Assembly (NCBI GenBank): GCA_026786185.1
Contig: JAJAYP010000203.1
Location: 1-53,260, forward strand
DNA from: Gemmatimonadaceae bacterium
GTDB taxonomy: Bacteria > Gemmatimonadota > Gemmatimonadetes > Gemmatimonadales > Gemmatimonadaceae
Direction: 5' to 3'
Length of the DNA: 53,260 bases
Positions 36,670-45,043 of this stretch are shown in pieces. A model generated the notes under the pieces. It was not told the origin of the DNA. It worked only from the letters and a program-made list of their open reading frames with translations, and did no database searches. Position 1 is the stretch's first letter, and every line of letters starts with the position of its first letter. Both the position numbers and the translations under genes were made by a program.

Positions 36670-38180
36670 GCCCCGCATCCGGCGGACGTGAGCGCACGGA
36701 TCTCGAGTCGTGGCTCGCGGTCCGCCCAGACCTGATAGGTTTGATAGAGCTTCGTCGGCGCGACGCACCGAGAACTCCGCAGGCACGAGCGGCGCGGGCC
36801 CCCCCCCCGCGGTGCCGAACACGCGAAGGTCGCTGACCGCGAGGTTCGGCGCGCTCGCGTGCAGATGCTCCCACCGCACATGACGGGCTCGGACCGGTCG
36901 CGGCAGTTCGATGTACGCGTTCGGCCGATCGCGTCGTTCGCGGGTGAGGTCGGCGATCACGCGCCAGCGTTTTCCATCTCGCGAGGCATGCACGCGAAAC
37001 CGGGTGTACACGCTCGAGTCGCTGACGAACATCGCCGCCTTGTGGTCGGCGTAGTTCACCTGCAGCGCGCGAAGCTCGCGCTCACCGCCGAGGTCGATCG
37101 TCAGCGTCGCGACGTGGGCGCAAAGTGCGGCAGGTCGCCGAAGCGAGTGCTGGCGAACAGGTGACCGTCCGTATCGAAGCCGGCGGGGAACATCGCGATG
37201 CGCCGCTCGAAGTTGCCGTTCACGCCGATCCAGGGTGTGCCCGTGCTCCAGAAGTTGCCGAGGAGGTCCTGAAAGGTGTTGCCGTGACCGGCGCCCGTGA
37301 CGAAGCCACCCGGCTTGTAGGACACCGGATTGTATGGCGCGTAGGTGAACGGTACCAGGGGCGAGTCACCGACATAGGTGCCGGTCGCGTATGCGTTGAA
37401 CTCGGTGCCTGGTGCGCCGTACTGCAGGTAGTAGCGGCCGGCGTGCTTCGTCATCCACGCGCCTTCGACATAGGGTCGAATCGTGTCGCGGTGGTCCTGC
37501 CCGAACCGCTCCCAGCCATGCTGTTCGGGGTGCAGCGTCAGCAGCTTCGCGGGACGAGCGCCCGCGCGGTAGGCGAGTCGCCGCGCGGGATCGAGCTCGA
37601 TGCCGTAGAGCGGATAGACGTTCGACGAGCCCCAGTACAGGAACGTTCGGCCGTCGTCGTCGCGGAAGAGCGCCGGATCTCACGGGCCGGGCTGGATCGA
37701 ATCGCGCGGCACCAGTTCACCCTGACGCTCGCTCCCTTGCGCGACAGCGTACGGAAGCGGCGGCAGGATCCTGTTGTAGAACTCGAGGCGACCCTGCGCA
37801 GGATCCGTGGAGTAGAGGAGCGGGCGCGGCGCCGTGGCCGACTGCATGAGGAGCAGCGTGTCGCCGAACGACAGTGCCGCCGGGGCGACGTTGTCTTCGA
37901 ACGGCCACCGGCTGGGCGTCACGAACTTCCACCGCATCAGGTCCGTCGAGCGCCAGTATCCGCCCGACACCGTGGAGAACAGATAGTACGCTCCACGGTG
38001 GTTGACGATCACGGGGTCGGCGCCCGAGCGGTACGACACCCCCTGGTTCAGCCCTTCCCAGTTGTACTTGTAGTCGATGTCGATCGGGTTGACGTACGTG
38101 TGCGCGCCGGACGACTGCGCCGGCGCGTTGCATGCCAGGCACGCGATGAGGACTGCCGCGACACGGACTGGCTTGTTCAC
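36670..38180 (-). pseudogene. Decayed GH43-family glycoside hydrolase (beta-propeller + F5/8 type C + Fn3-like tail): in-frame TGA, at least 2 frame breaks, 3' truncation
   Basis: The catalytic motifs are all present but are split over several ORFs: GADPVIVNHRGAYYLF, then (TGA)DPALFRDDDGRTFLYWG, then YVEGAWMTKHAGRYYLQYG. The TGA at 37680-37682 is in frame. The frame changes near 37100-37135 (..FGDLPHFAPT / ATLTIDLGGERELRALQVNYAD) and again near 36745-36760 (..EFSVRRAD / PTKLYQTYQVW..). Confidence 0.75.
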
Positions 38181-39448
38181 CGCCGCGGGGAAATCCTCCA
38201 CAACTCGCCACTGGCATCGTCGGTCACGACGTACAGCGCCCCGTCCGGTCCCTGCTTCACATCGCGGATGCGGCGCCGGCGATCGGCGAGGAGGTGCTCC
38301 TCACCGGTGACGCGCCCGTTCTGGATGGACAGGCGCACGAGACGCTGTTCCTTGAGCGCACCGATGAACAGGTTGCCGCGCCACGCGGGGAAGGCGTCCC
38401 CCGTATAGAACTGGGCGCCCGACGGCGCGATCACCGGGTCCCAGTAGTAGACCGGTTGTTCAGTGCCGGCGCGAGCGGTCGGGCCGGGCAGCGGACTGCC
38501 CGAGTACTCGACGCCGTAGCCGACCTCGGCCCAACCGTAGTTCTTGCCCTTCTCGATCCGATTCAGCTCGTCGCCACCGCGCGTGCCGTGCTCGATCTCC
38601 CACAACTGCCCGTTCGCGTCGAAGGCCGCTGCCTGGATGTTCCGGTGGCCCACCGACCAGATCTCGGGCCGCGCGTTGCCCTGACCGACGAATGGATTAT
38701 CGGTCGGCACCGATCCGTCAGGCCGGATTCGCACGATCTTGCCGAGGTGGCTGTCGAGCCGCTGCGCGTATGGTCGCGTCTCGTTGTCCGAGCGCTCTCC
38801 GAAGGTGGCGTACAGCATGCCGTCCGGCCCGAAGGCGAGCCGCGATCCGTAGTGCAAGTTGTTGGCGTACGCAGGCAGCACGCGGAAGATGACGCGGACA
38901 TCGCCGAGCGAGCGACGGTCGTCCGAGAGAACGCCCCGGGCGATGCTCGTGCCGTTGCCCCCATCGCGCGGCTCGGTGAAGCTCCAGAACACCGTGCGAT
39001 CGGTGTCGAAGCCCGGGCTCAACGCCACGTCGAGGAGGCCACCCTGACCGCGGGAGTCGATGGCGGGCAGGCCAGTGATGGGAGCGCCGATGGTGCCGGC
39101 GGCGGAGACGATACGGAGCTGGCCACCCTTCTCGGTCACGAGAAAATCACCGCTGGCGAGCGGCTCCACGGCCCACGGCTTTGCAATGCCGGTGGCCACG
39201 ACGGCGACGTCGTAGGCAGCGACGGATTCTGCGGCGCACGCGCGCGTCTGGCCAGCGAAGGCGGGGCGCTGGTTCGGCGCGTTCGCTGCGCGGCTCTCGA
39301 GCGGCGCGCACGCATTGTCGGTTGATGGTCCGCCAGAGGGCACGGTGGTGGACGTGCCGGACGTCGTCTCCGCCGTGCGTGGCGTACAGGCAGCGCTTGC
39401 GGCGCTGACGCACAGAGTGATGAGCAATGTCGCGCGAGTCGGATGCAT
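38177..39448 (-). CDS. PQQ-dependent soluble sugar (glucose/sorbosone) dehydrogenase family, periplasmic
   Basis: ATG 39448 gives the signal MHPTRATLLITLCVSAASAAC. Motifs are ..PWAVEPL..GDFLVTEKGGQLRIV.., HYGSRLAFGPDGMLY and GHRNIQAAAFD..GQLWEIEHGTRGGDELN..KGKNYGW. Confidence 0.8.
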   Translation of the reverse strand: MHPTRATLLITLCVSAASAACTPRTAETTSGTSTTVPSGGPSTDNACAPLESRAANAPNQRPAFAGQTRACAAESVAAYDVAVVATGIAKPWAVEPLASGDFLVTEKGGQLRIVSAAGTIGAPITGLPAIDSRGQGGLLDVALSPGFDTDRTVFWSFTEPRDGGNGTSIARGVLSDDRRSLGDVRVIFRVLPAYANNLHYGSRLAFGPDGMLYATFGERSDNETRPYAQRLDSHLGKIVRIRPDGSVPTDNPFVGQGNARPEIWSVGHRNIQAAAFDANGQLWEIEHGTRGGDELNRIEKGKNYGWAEVGYGVEYSGSPLPGPTARAGTEQPVYYWDPVIAPSGAQFYTGDAFPAWRGNLFIGALKEQRLVRLSIQNGRVTGEEHLLADRRRRIRDVKQGPDGALYVVTDDASGELWRISPRR

Positions 39449-39639
39449 TCGGCTATCTCGGAGAGCGTGAGAAGGAGATCCATTGATTACGGCTGGCACG
39501 TTGTGGAGCAATTGGCAGACCGGTGCGGCGGCGAACGGCGCGGGCTCCGTCCGGCGCCGCGAGCATCCCGCCCTTGCTCTCCGGTCATCCGCCCCGATAA
39601 TTCCGACGCTCGGCACCGTCATCTCCCTCCCGGCCCGTC

Positions 39640-40782
39640 ATGCGCATCCTCGCCTCACGCCTCGCCGTCACGCTCGTGGTCGCCGCCCTGCTCTCCCACG
39701 TGCTCGCCGCGCATGCGCAGGTGCGCCGCAACGAGCAGCAGCGTCCTCCGTCGATGACGCTCGAGGACTACGAGCCGACGTCCATGCTCAGGGTCGACGA
39801 GCATCCGGTGGCGCGTGCGAAGTTTCCCTTCGTCGACATTCACGGGCACCAGAATCTCGCGATGGACGACGCCGCGCTTGGCGCGCTGGTGGCGCAGATG
39901 GACCGCATGGGGTTGCGCACGCTCGTCAATCTCAGCGGTGGCTCGGGCGAGCGGCTCAAGGCGCAGGTGAGCAATGCGCGCGCGAAGTACCCGGGGCGCT
40001 TCGTGGTGTTCGCGAACGTTGACTGGTCGAAGGTGAACGAGCCCGGCTTCGCGACCGACGCTGCGGCCCAGCTCGAGCGCGACGTGAAGGAGGGTGGCGC
40101 CGTGGGACTGAAGGTGTTCAAGAATCTCGGCATGGACACCTTCTGGACGGACGGCACACGCGTGCGCACGGACGACCCCCGCCTCGGCGCGATCTGGGAG
40201 AAGGCGGGCGCATTGCGAATTCCCGTACTGATTCACACTGCCGAGCCAGCGGCATTCTTTCTCCCGGTGGACAAGCACAACGAGCGATACCTGGAGCTGA
40301 CGCAGTTTCCGGGACGGACGCGACCCGCGGACAAGTATCCGCCGTTCGATTCGCTGATCGCCGAGCAGCATCGGATGTTCAAGCGCCATGCGAAGACGAC
40401 GTTCATCAGCGCGCATCTCTCGTGGCTCGGGCAGGACCTCGGCCGGCTCGGGCGAACGCTGGACAGCATCCCGAACATGAACGTCGAGGTCGCAGCCGCG
40501 TTGTACGAGATCGGCCGGCAACCACGTGCGGGCCGAGCGTTCTTCCTGAAGTATCAGGATCGCATCCTGATGGGCAAGGATACGTTCGGTGGCCAGGACG
40601 AATTCGCCGTGTATTTCCGGATCTTCGAGACGAACGACGAGTATTTCCCCTGGTATCGCCGACGCCACGCGTTCTGGGGCATGTATGGACTGGGTCTTCC
40701 CGACTCCGTGCTCCGCAAGGTGTACCATGGTAATGCGCTGCGAATCGTGCCCGGGCTGGATCGCGCGGCGTTCGCGAAGTAG
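39640..40782 (+). CDS. Secreted metal-dependent amidohydrolase (TIM-barrel, amidohydrolase_2-like)
   Basis: The signal peptide is MRILASRLAVTLVVAALLSHVLAAHA. The metal motif is FVDIHGH, with later HTAEP and ..ISAH.. elements. Confidence 0.65.
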   Translation: MRILASRLAVTLVVAALLSHVLAAHAQVRRNEQQRPPSMTLEDYEPTSMLRVDEHPVARAKFPFVDIHGHQNLAMDDAALGALVAQMDRMGLRTLVNLSGGSGERLKAQVSNARAKYPGRFVVFANVDWSKVNEPGFATDAAAQLERDVKEGGAVGLKVFKNLGMDTFWTDGTRVRTDDPRLGAIWEKAGALRIPVLIHTAEPAAFFLPVDKHNERYLELTQFPGRTRPADKYPPFDSLIAEQHRMFKRHAKTTFISAHLSWLGQDLGRLGRTLDSIPNMNVEVAAALYEIGRQPRAGRAFFLKYQDRILMGKDTFGGQDEFAVYFRIFETNDEYFPWYRRRHAFWGMYGLGLPDSVLRKVYHGNALRIVPGLDRAAFAK

Positions 40783-40786
40783 CGCG

Positions 40787-41098
40787 TCAGACCGACGACG
40801 CGATCAGCATGACGACGTCGGACAGCCAGTCGCGCGCCGTCACGCCGTGCCCGAGCTGTCCGAACTCGAAGCCCGTCTCCACGAGGTACGACTTGAAGGC
40901 CCGGAGGTCCGTCTCGCTCGCGAGGATGGCACGCGCGTCGCTGAGCGTCTGAAGGAGGGTGCCGTGCGCCTCGGTGAGCACGAAGACCAGCACGGCATCC
41001 TGGTGCCGCGCGCCGTCGCGGGTGCGCTCCAGGGTGAAATATGCGGCCAGCAGTCGGGCGAGATCGGGATACAGCTGAGGAATGGTCATCGGCGCCAT
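40787..41098 (-). CDS. Small hypothetical protein, possibly CdiI-like immunity family
   Basis: YPDLARLLAAYF....TDLRAFKSYLVETGFEF....GVTARDWLSDVV resembles the pattern I recall for 'contact-dependent growth inhibition immunity protein' annotations. The call is weak. Confidence 0.3.
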   Translation of the reverse strand: MAPMTIPQLYPDLARLLAAYFTLERTRDGARHQDAVLVFVLTEAHGTLLQTLSDARAILASETDLRAFKSYLVETGFEFGQLGHGVTARDWLSDVVMLIASSV

Positions 41099-41243
41099 GG
41101 GCGAATCTCGCTCGCCGGTCGCGTGAACGCATCCCCACTCGCCAACTCGACTACGCTGGGACATATTCGCGTCATGCAATAGGAGGACGCCTCCGCCGGC
41201 GTTTCTCGCGTCCACGCGGTTCCTTCAGCGCAGTGAGGCAACG

Positions 41244-42923
41244 GTGCAGGCTTCGGAGTACGATGCGATCGTGGTAGGGTCCGGGATCTCCGGCGGCTGG
41301 GCCGCGAAGGAGCTGACCGAAAAGGGGCTGAAGGTCCTGATGCTCGAGCGCGGACGAGACGTCGAGCACATCAAGGACTACGTGAATGCGACGAAGGCGC
41401 CCTGGGAGTATCTGCACCGTGGCGGTCGCACGAAGGCGATGGAGAAGGAGTATCAGGTGTTGAAGCGGGACTATCCGCTCAACGAGAAGAACCTGTCGTT
41501 CTGGGTCAACGACAAGGAGTCGCCGTACACCGAGACGAAGCGATTCGACTGGTATCGTGGATATCAGGTGGGCGGTCGGTCCCTGATGTGGGGACGACAG
41601 AGCTACCGATGGAGCGACTTCGATTTCGACGCCAACGCCAAGGATGGAACGGCGATCGACTGGCCGATCCGCTACGCGGAACTGGCGCCGTGGTACGACA
41701 AGGTGGAGCGGCACGCGGGCATCGCCGGATCGCGCGAAGGACTCGAGCAGCTGCCGGACGGGCAGTTTCAGCCGGCAATGCCGCTGAACTGCGGCGAGGA
41801 GCTGGTGGCCGGACGCCTGAAGGCGAAGTTCGGCGGTCGCCGGCTGATCATCCCGGGCCGCACCGCCAACTCAACCAAGGCGCTCGAGGGACGCGGCGCC
41901 TGCCAATACCGGAATGCCTGCTGGCTCGGCTGTCCGTACGGCGCCTATTTCAGCACGCAGTCATCCACGCTGCCCGCGGCGGTCAAGACCGGCCGGCTGA
42001 CCCTCAAGCCGTGGTCGATCGTCACCGAAGTGCTGTACGACCGTGACAAGAAGCGCGCGACCGGCGTGCGCGTGATCGATGCCGTCAGCGAGCAGTCCAC
42101 CGACTATTCGGCGAAGGTCGTCTTCGTCTGCGCCTCGACGCTGAACTCGACGTGGCTGCTGATGCGCTCGGCGACCGACGTCTGGCCGGGCGGCCTCGGC
42201 AGCAGCTCCGGAGAACTCGGCCACAACCTGATGGACCATCACTTCCGGTGTGGCGCCAACGGGACGATGGAGGGGCTCGACGACAAGTATTACTTCGGTA
42301 GCCGGCCGACCGGGTTCTACATCCCGCGCTATCGCAACCTGTTCGGCGACACGCGAAACTACCTGCGCGGCTTCGGCTATCAGGGTGGCGCGAGCCGCAC
42401 GGGGTGGTCGCGCGCGGTGGCCGAGCTCGGCGTGGGTGGCGCATTCAAGGACACGATGGCGCAGCCGGGACCCTGGACGATCGGCGCGACGGCGTTCGGC
42501 GAGATGCTGCCGAATCACGCCAACAAGATCTCGCTCGACTCCACGAAGAAGGACAAGTGGGGTCTCAACGTGCTCAACATCGATTGCGCGACGGGCGAGA
42601 ACGAACGCCTGATGCGCAAGGACATGGTCGCCGACATGGCCGACATGCTGGAGCAGACCGGCATGAAGAAGGTGTCGACGTACGACGCAGAATATTTCCC
42701 GGGCATGGGCATCCACGAGATGGGGACGGCCCGCATGGGTCGCGATCCGAAGACGTCCGTGCTCAACGCACACAATCAGGTGTGGGATGCACCAAACGTG
42801 TTCGTCACCGACGGCTCATGCATGGCATCGGCCGCGTGCGTGAATCCTTCGCTCACGTACATGGCGCTCACGGCCCGCGCTGCGGATTTCGCGGTGAACG
42901 AGCTCAATCGCCGCAACCTCTGA
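41244..42923 (+). CDS. GMC-family FAD-dependent oxidoreductase (gluconate 2-dehydrogenase alpha-like); GTG start
   Basis: The FAD fold is YDAIVVGSGISGGWAAKELTEKGLKVLMLERG. The C-terminal GMC_oxred_C-like region is ..HEMGTARMG.....NVFVTDGS... Confidence 0.85.
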   Translation: MQASEYDAIVVGSGISGGWAAKELTEKGLKVLMLERGRDVEHIKDYVNATKAPWEYLHRGGRTKAMEKEYQVLKRDYPLNEKNLSFWVNDKESPYTETKRFDWYRGYQVGGRSLMWGRQSYRWSDFDFDANAKDGTAIDWPIRYAELAPWYDKVERHAGIAGSREGLEQLPDGQFQPAMPLNCGEELVAGRLKAKFGGRRLIIPGRTANSTKALEGRGACQYRNACWLGCPYGAYFSTQSSTLPAAVKTGRLTLKPWSIVTEVLYDRDKKRATGVRVIDAVSEQSTDYSAKVVFVCASTLNSTWLLMRSATDVWPGGLGSSSGELGHNLMDHHFRCGANGTMEGLDDKYYFGSRPTGFYIPRYRNLFGDTRNYLRGFGYQGGASRTGWSRAVAELGVGGAFKDTMAQPGPWTIGATAFGEMLPNHANKISLDSTKKDKWGLNVLNIDCATGENERLMRKDMVADMADMLEQTGMKKVSTYDAEYFPGMGIHEMGTARMGRDPKTSVLNAHNQVWDAPNVFVTDGSCMASAACVNPSLTYMALTARAADFAVNELNRRNL

Positions 42924-42992
42924 CCGGACGACACGACGATGCCAACGGACACGGAAGTATCCGTCGCGGGTGATCGCGGCGATGAAAGCGCG

Positions 42993-43706
42993 ATGATCGA
43001 CCGGCGTGAAGCGATTCGCCGCGTGACGGCGCTACTGGGCGGGATGGCGCTCGTGGGAGGCGGAGCGCTCATGACCGGATGTCGCGACCGCTCCGAACTC
43101 GCGCGCGCCACGACCTTCTCGGCGGAGGACGTCGCGTTCCTGGACGAGGTGGCGGACACCATCCTGCCCGAAACGAAGACGCCCGGAGCAAAGGCGGCCA
43201 AAGTGGGCGCGTTCATGGCGCTCATGGTCACCGATACGTACGACCCGGACGATCAGCAGCACTTCCGCGACGGAATGCGGAAGGTGGACGAGGAGAGCAT
43301 GAAGGAGAACAAGCTCTCGTTCATGAAGGCCTCGTCGCAGCAGCGGCTCGCACTGCTCGAGCGACTGGACAAGGAACAGAAGGACGATGCCGACGGGCGC
43401 TTCAAGTCGGCAAAGGAGCGTGACGCCAAGAAAGCCGCCGCGGATTCCGCTGCCGGCGCGGCCGACAAGCATCTCCCCGATCAGCGGAAGGAGAACGCGG
43501 TCGGCGGCGATGGCAGTGGCGCCGCAGCGATAACGAAGGATCCGCCGAAGCACTACTTCCGCATGATGAAGGAACTGACGCTCCTTGGATACTTCACGTC
43601 GGAGATCGGCTACACCAAGGCAATGCGCTACGTCGAGTCACCGGGCCGGTTCGACCCATGCCTTCCGTACGCGCCGGGCGAGCTGTCCTGGGCGTCGCAC
43701 GCATAG
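42993..43706 (+). CDS. Gluconate 2-dehydrogenase subunit-3-like small subunit with Tat signal
   Basis: MIDRREAIRRVTALLGGMALVGGGALMTGC carries a twin-Arg motif. The C-terminus is ..LTLLGYFTSEIGYTKAMRYV... It lies directly downstream of the GMC gene. Confidence 0.7.
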   Translation: MIDRREAIRRVTALLGGMALVGGGALMTGCRDRSELARATTFSAEDVAFLDEVADTILPETKTPGAKAAKVGAFMALMVTDTYDPDDQQHFRDGMRKVDEESMKENKLSFMKASSQQRLALLERLDKEQKDDADGRFKSAKERDAKKAAADSAAGAADKHLPDQRKENAVGGDGSGAAAITKDPPKHYFRMMKELTLLGYFTSEIGYTKAMRYVESPGRFDPCLPYAPGELSWASHA

Positions 43707-43709
43707 GAA

Positions 43710-43747
43710 ATCCGACGGTGTCGCTCAGTACTTCGGCACCGTCGGAT
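43710..43747. terminator. Bidirectional hairpin between convergent genes (11-bp perfect stem, 16-nt loop)
   Basis: ATCCGACGGTG (43710-43720) pairs with CACCGTCGGAT (43737-43747). The hairpin overlaps the last codons of moeZ. There is no U-tract. Confidence 0.35.
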
Positions 43748-44900
43748 CCACGTCGTCACTCCAGCGCAGGATGCCGCCCGCCAGGTTCTTCACACGCGCG
43801 AAGCCCGCGGCCTGCAGTTGCAGCACGGCGCTGGCGCTGCGCTGGCCGCTCCGGCACATGACGACGATCTGGCGCGACCTGTCGAGTGTGGGAAGCGCAT
43901 CGCCGAGTGTGCCGAGCGGAATGAGTCGCGCGCCGGCGAGGTGGGCAAATTCCCACTCGCGCGGTTCGCGGACGTCGATCAGGTCGACGTCCGCGCCGTC
44001 GAGCAGGAGCGACGCAAGTTCGGTGGGGGTGATCTCCCGCACCTCATCGCTCCCGTCGATCATGGCGACGTCGGCTGATCCGCAGAATTCGTCGTAGTCG
44101 ATGAGCTCCGTGATGACGCGCGTGCCGCATGCCGGGCACGCCGGATCCTTTCGAAGCTTCACCGTGCGGAATTCCATGGTGAGTGCATCGACGAGCAACA
44201 ATCTGCCGGCGAGCGTGGTGCCCGTGCCGAGCGCGAGCTTGAGGGTTTCGGCCGCCTGGATGGTGCCGATCATGCCCGGCAGCACGCCAAGCACTCCGCC
44301 CTCGGCGCAGCTCGGGACCATGCCGGGCGGCGGGGGCTCCGGGAAGAGACAGCGGTAGCAGGGGCCACCGACGGTCGAGAACACCGACGCCTGCCCTTCG
44401 AAACGAAAGATCGACCCGTAGACGTTCGGTTTGCCGAGCAGCACGCACGCATCGTTGGTCAGATAGCGCGTCGCGAAGTTGTCGGTGCCGTCGACGACGA
44501 TGTCGTAGTCTCCGATGATCTCGAGGGCGTTCGCGGAGGTGAGTCGTGTCGGGTAGGTCTCGACGTGTACATGCGGGTTCACGTCGTGCAGGCGATCACG
44601 CGCGGAATCGAGCTTGAGTCGTCCCACGTCGCTGGTGCCGTGCAGGAGCTGCCGCTGGAGGTTGCTGACGTCCACGACGTCGAAGTCGACGAGGCCGAGT
44701 GTCCCGATGCCCGCGGCGGCAAGGTAGAGCGCGACGGGTGAGCCGAGCCCGCCTGCGCCGATGACGAGCACGCGGGCCGCCTTGAGACGCTGCTGGCCCG
44801 AGCGCTCGACCTGCGGCAGGATGAGATGCCGGCTATAGCGTTGCAACTCTGCCGGCGAGAGGACGGGCAGTCCGATGGGAGAGGTCATGCTCGTCGTCAC
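43725..44900 (-). CDS. moeZ: Sulfur-carrier adenylyltransferase/sulfurtransferase MoeZ (ThiF/MoeB E1-like domain + C-terminal rhodanese)
   Basis: Motifs are RYSRHLILPQV..VLVIGAGGLGSP..DFDVVDVSNLQRQ, CxxC pairs, and the rhodanese loop VVMCRSGQRS. The GTG start overlaps the upstream stop (GTGA). Confidence 0.88.
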   Translation of the reverse strand: MTTSMTSPIGLPVLSPAELQRYSRHLILPQVERSGQQRLKAARVLVIGAGGLGSPVALYLAAAGIGTLGLVDFDVVDVSNLQRQLLHGTSDVGRLKLDSARDRLHDVNPHVHVETYPTRLTSANALEIIGDYDIVVDGTDNFATRYLTNDACVLLGKPNVYGSIFRFEGQASVFSTVGGPCYRCLFPEPPPPGMVPSCAEGGVLGVLPGMIGTIQAAETLKLALGTGTTLAGRLLLVDALTMEFRTVKLRKDPACPACGTRVITELIDYDEFCGSADVAMIDGSDEVREITPTELASLLLDGADVDLIDVREPREWEFAHLAGARLIPLGTLGDALPTLDRSRQIVVMCRSGQRSASAVLQLQAAGFARVKNLAGGILRWSDDVDPTVPKY

Positions 44901-45043
44901 CCGCCGCTCGCGGCCGGCACGATCATGATCGTGGCGCCGTCGAGGACGGGAGTGTCGAGACCGTCGAGGAACCGGATGCTTTCATCGCCCACGAAGACGT
45001 TGACGTGCCGGCGGAGTTCCCCCTGCTCCGTGAGCACGCGGAG
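44897..45043 (-). pseudogene. 3' half of a MoaD/ThiS/CysO-type sulfur-carrier gene (5' half missing)
   Basis: The frame reads ..LRVLTEQGELRRHVNVFVGDESIRFLDGLDTPVLDGATIMIVPAASGG*, with a C-terminal Gly-Gly and a coupled junction to moeZ. Upstream in this frame there is only Arg-rich junk. Confidence 0.7.

Noticed and set aside
34891-37059. A 722-aa minus-strand ORF spanning the LVIVD copy 1 gene
   Set aside because: Only its first ~100 codons (37059 to ~36750) are protein-like, and they belong to the GH43 remnant. The rest is Arg/His/Gly-rich antisense read-through of the plus-strand LVIVD gene, which is typical of GC-rich DNA.
37680-37682. The in-frame TGA in GH43 as selenocysteine or a reassigned codon
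   Set aside because: The homologous position is a hydrophobic/Trp-type residue, not a redox Cys. No SECIS-like hairpin is evident immediately downstream. TGA is clearly used as a normal stop by many genes in this window (e.g. 15861-15863, 47197-47199). The same gene also carries frameshifts.
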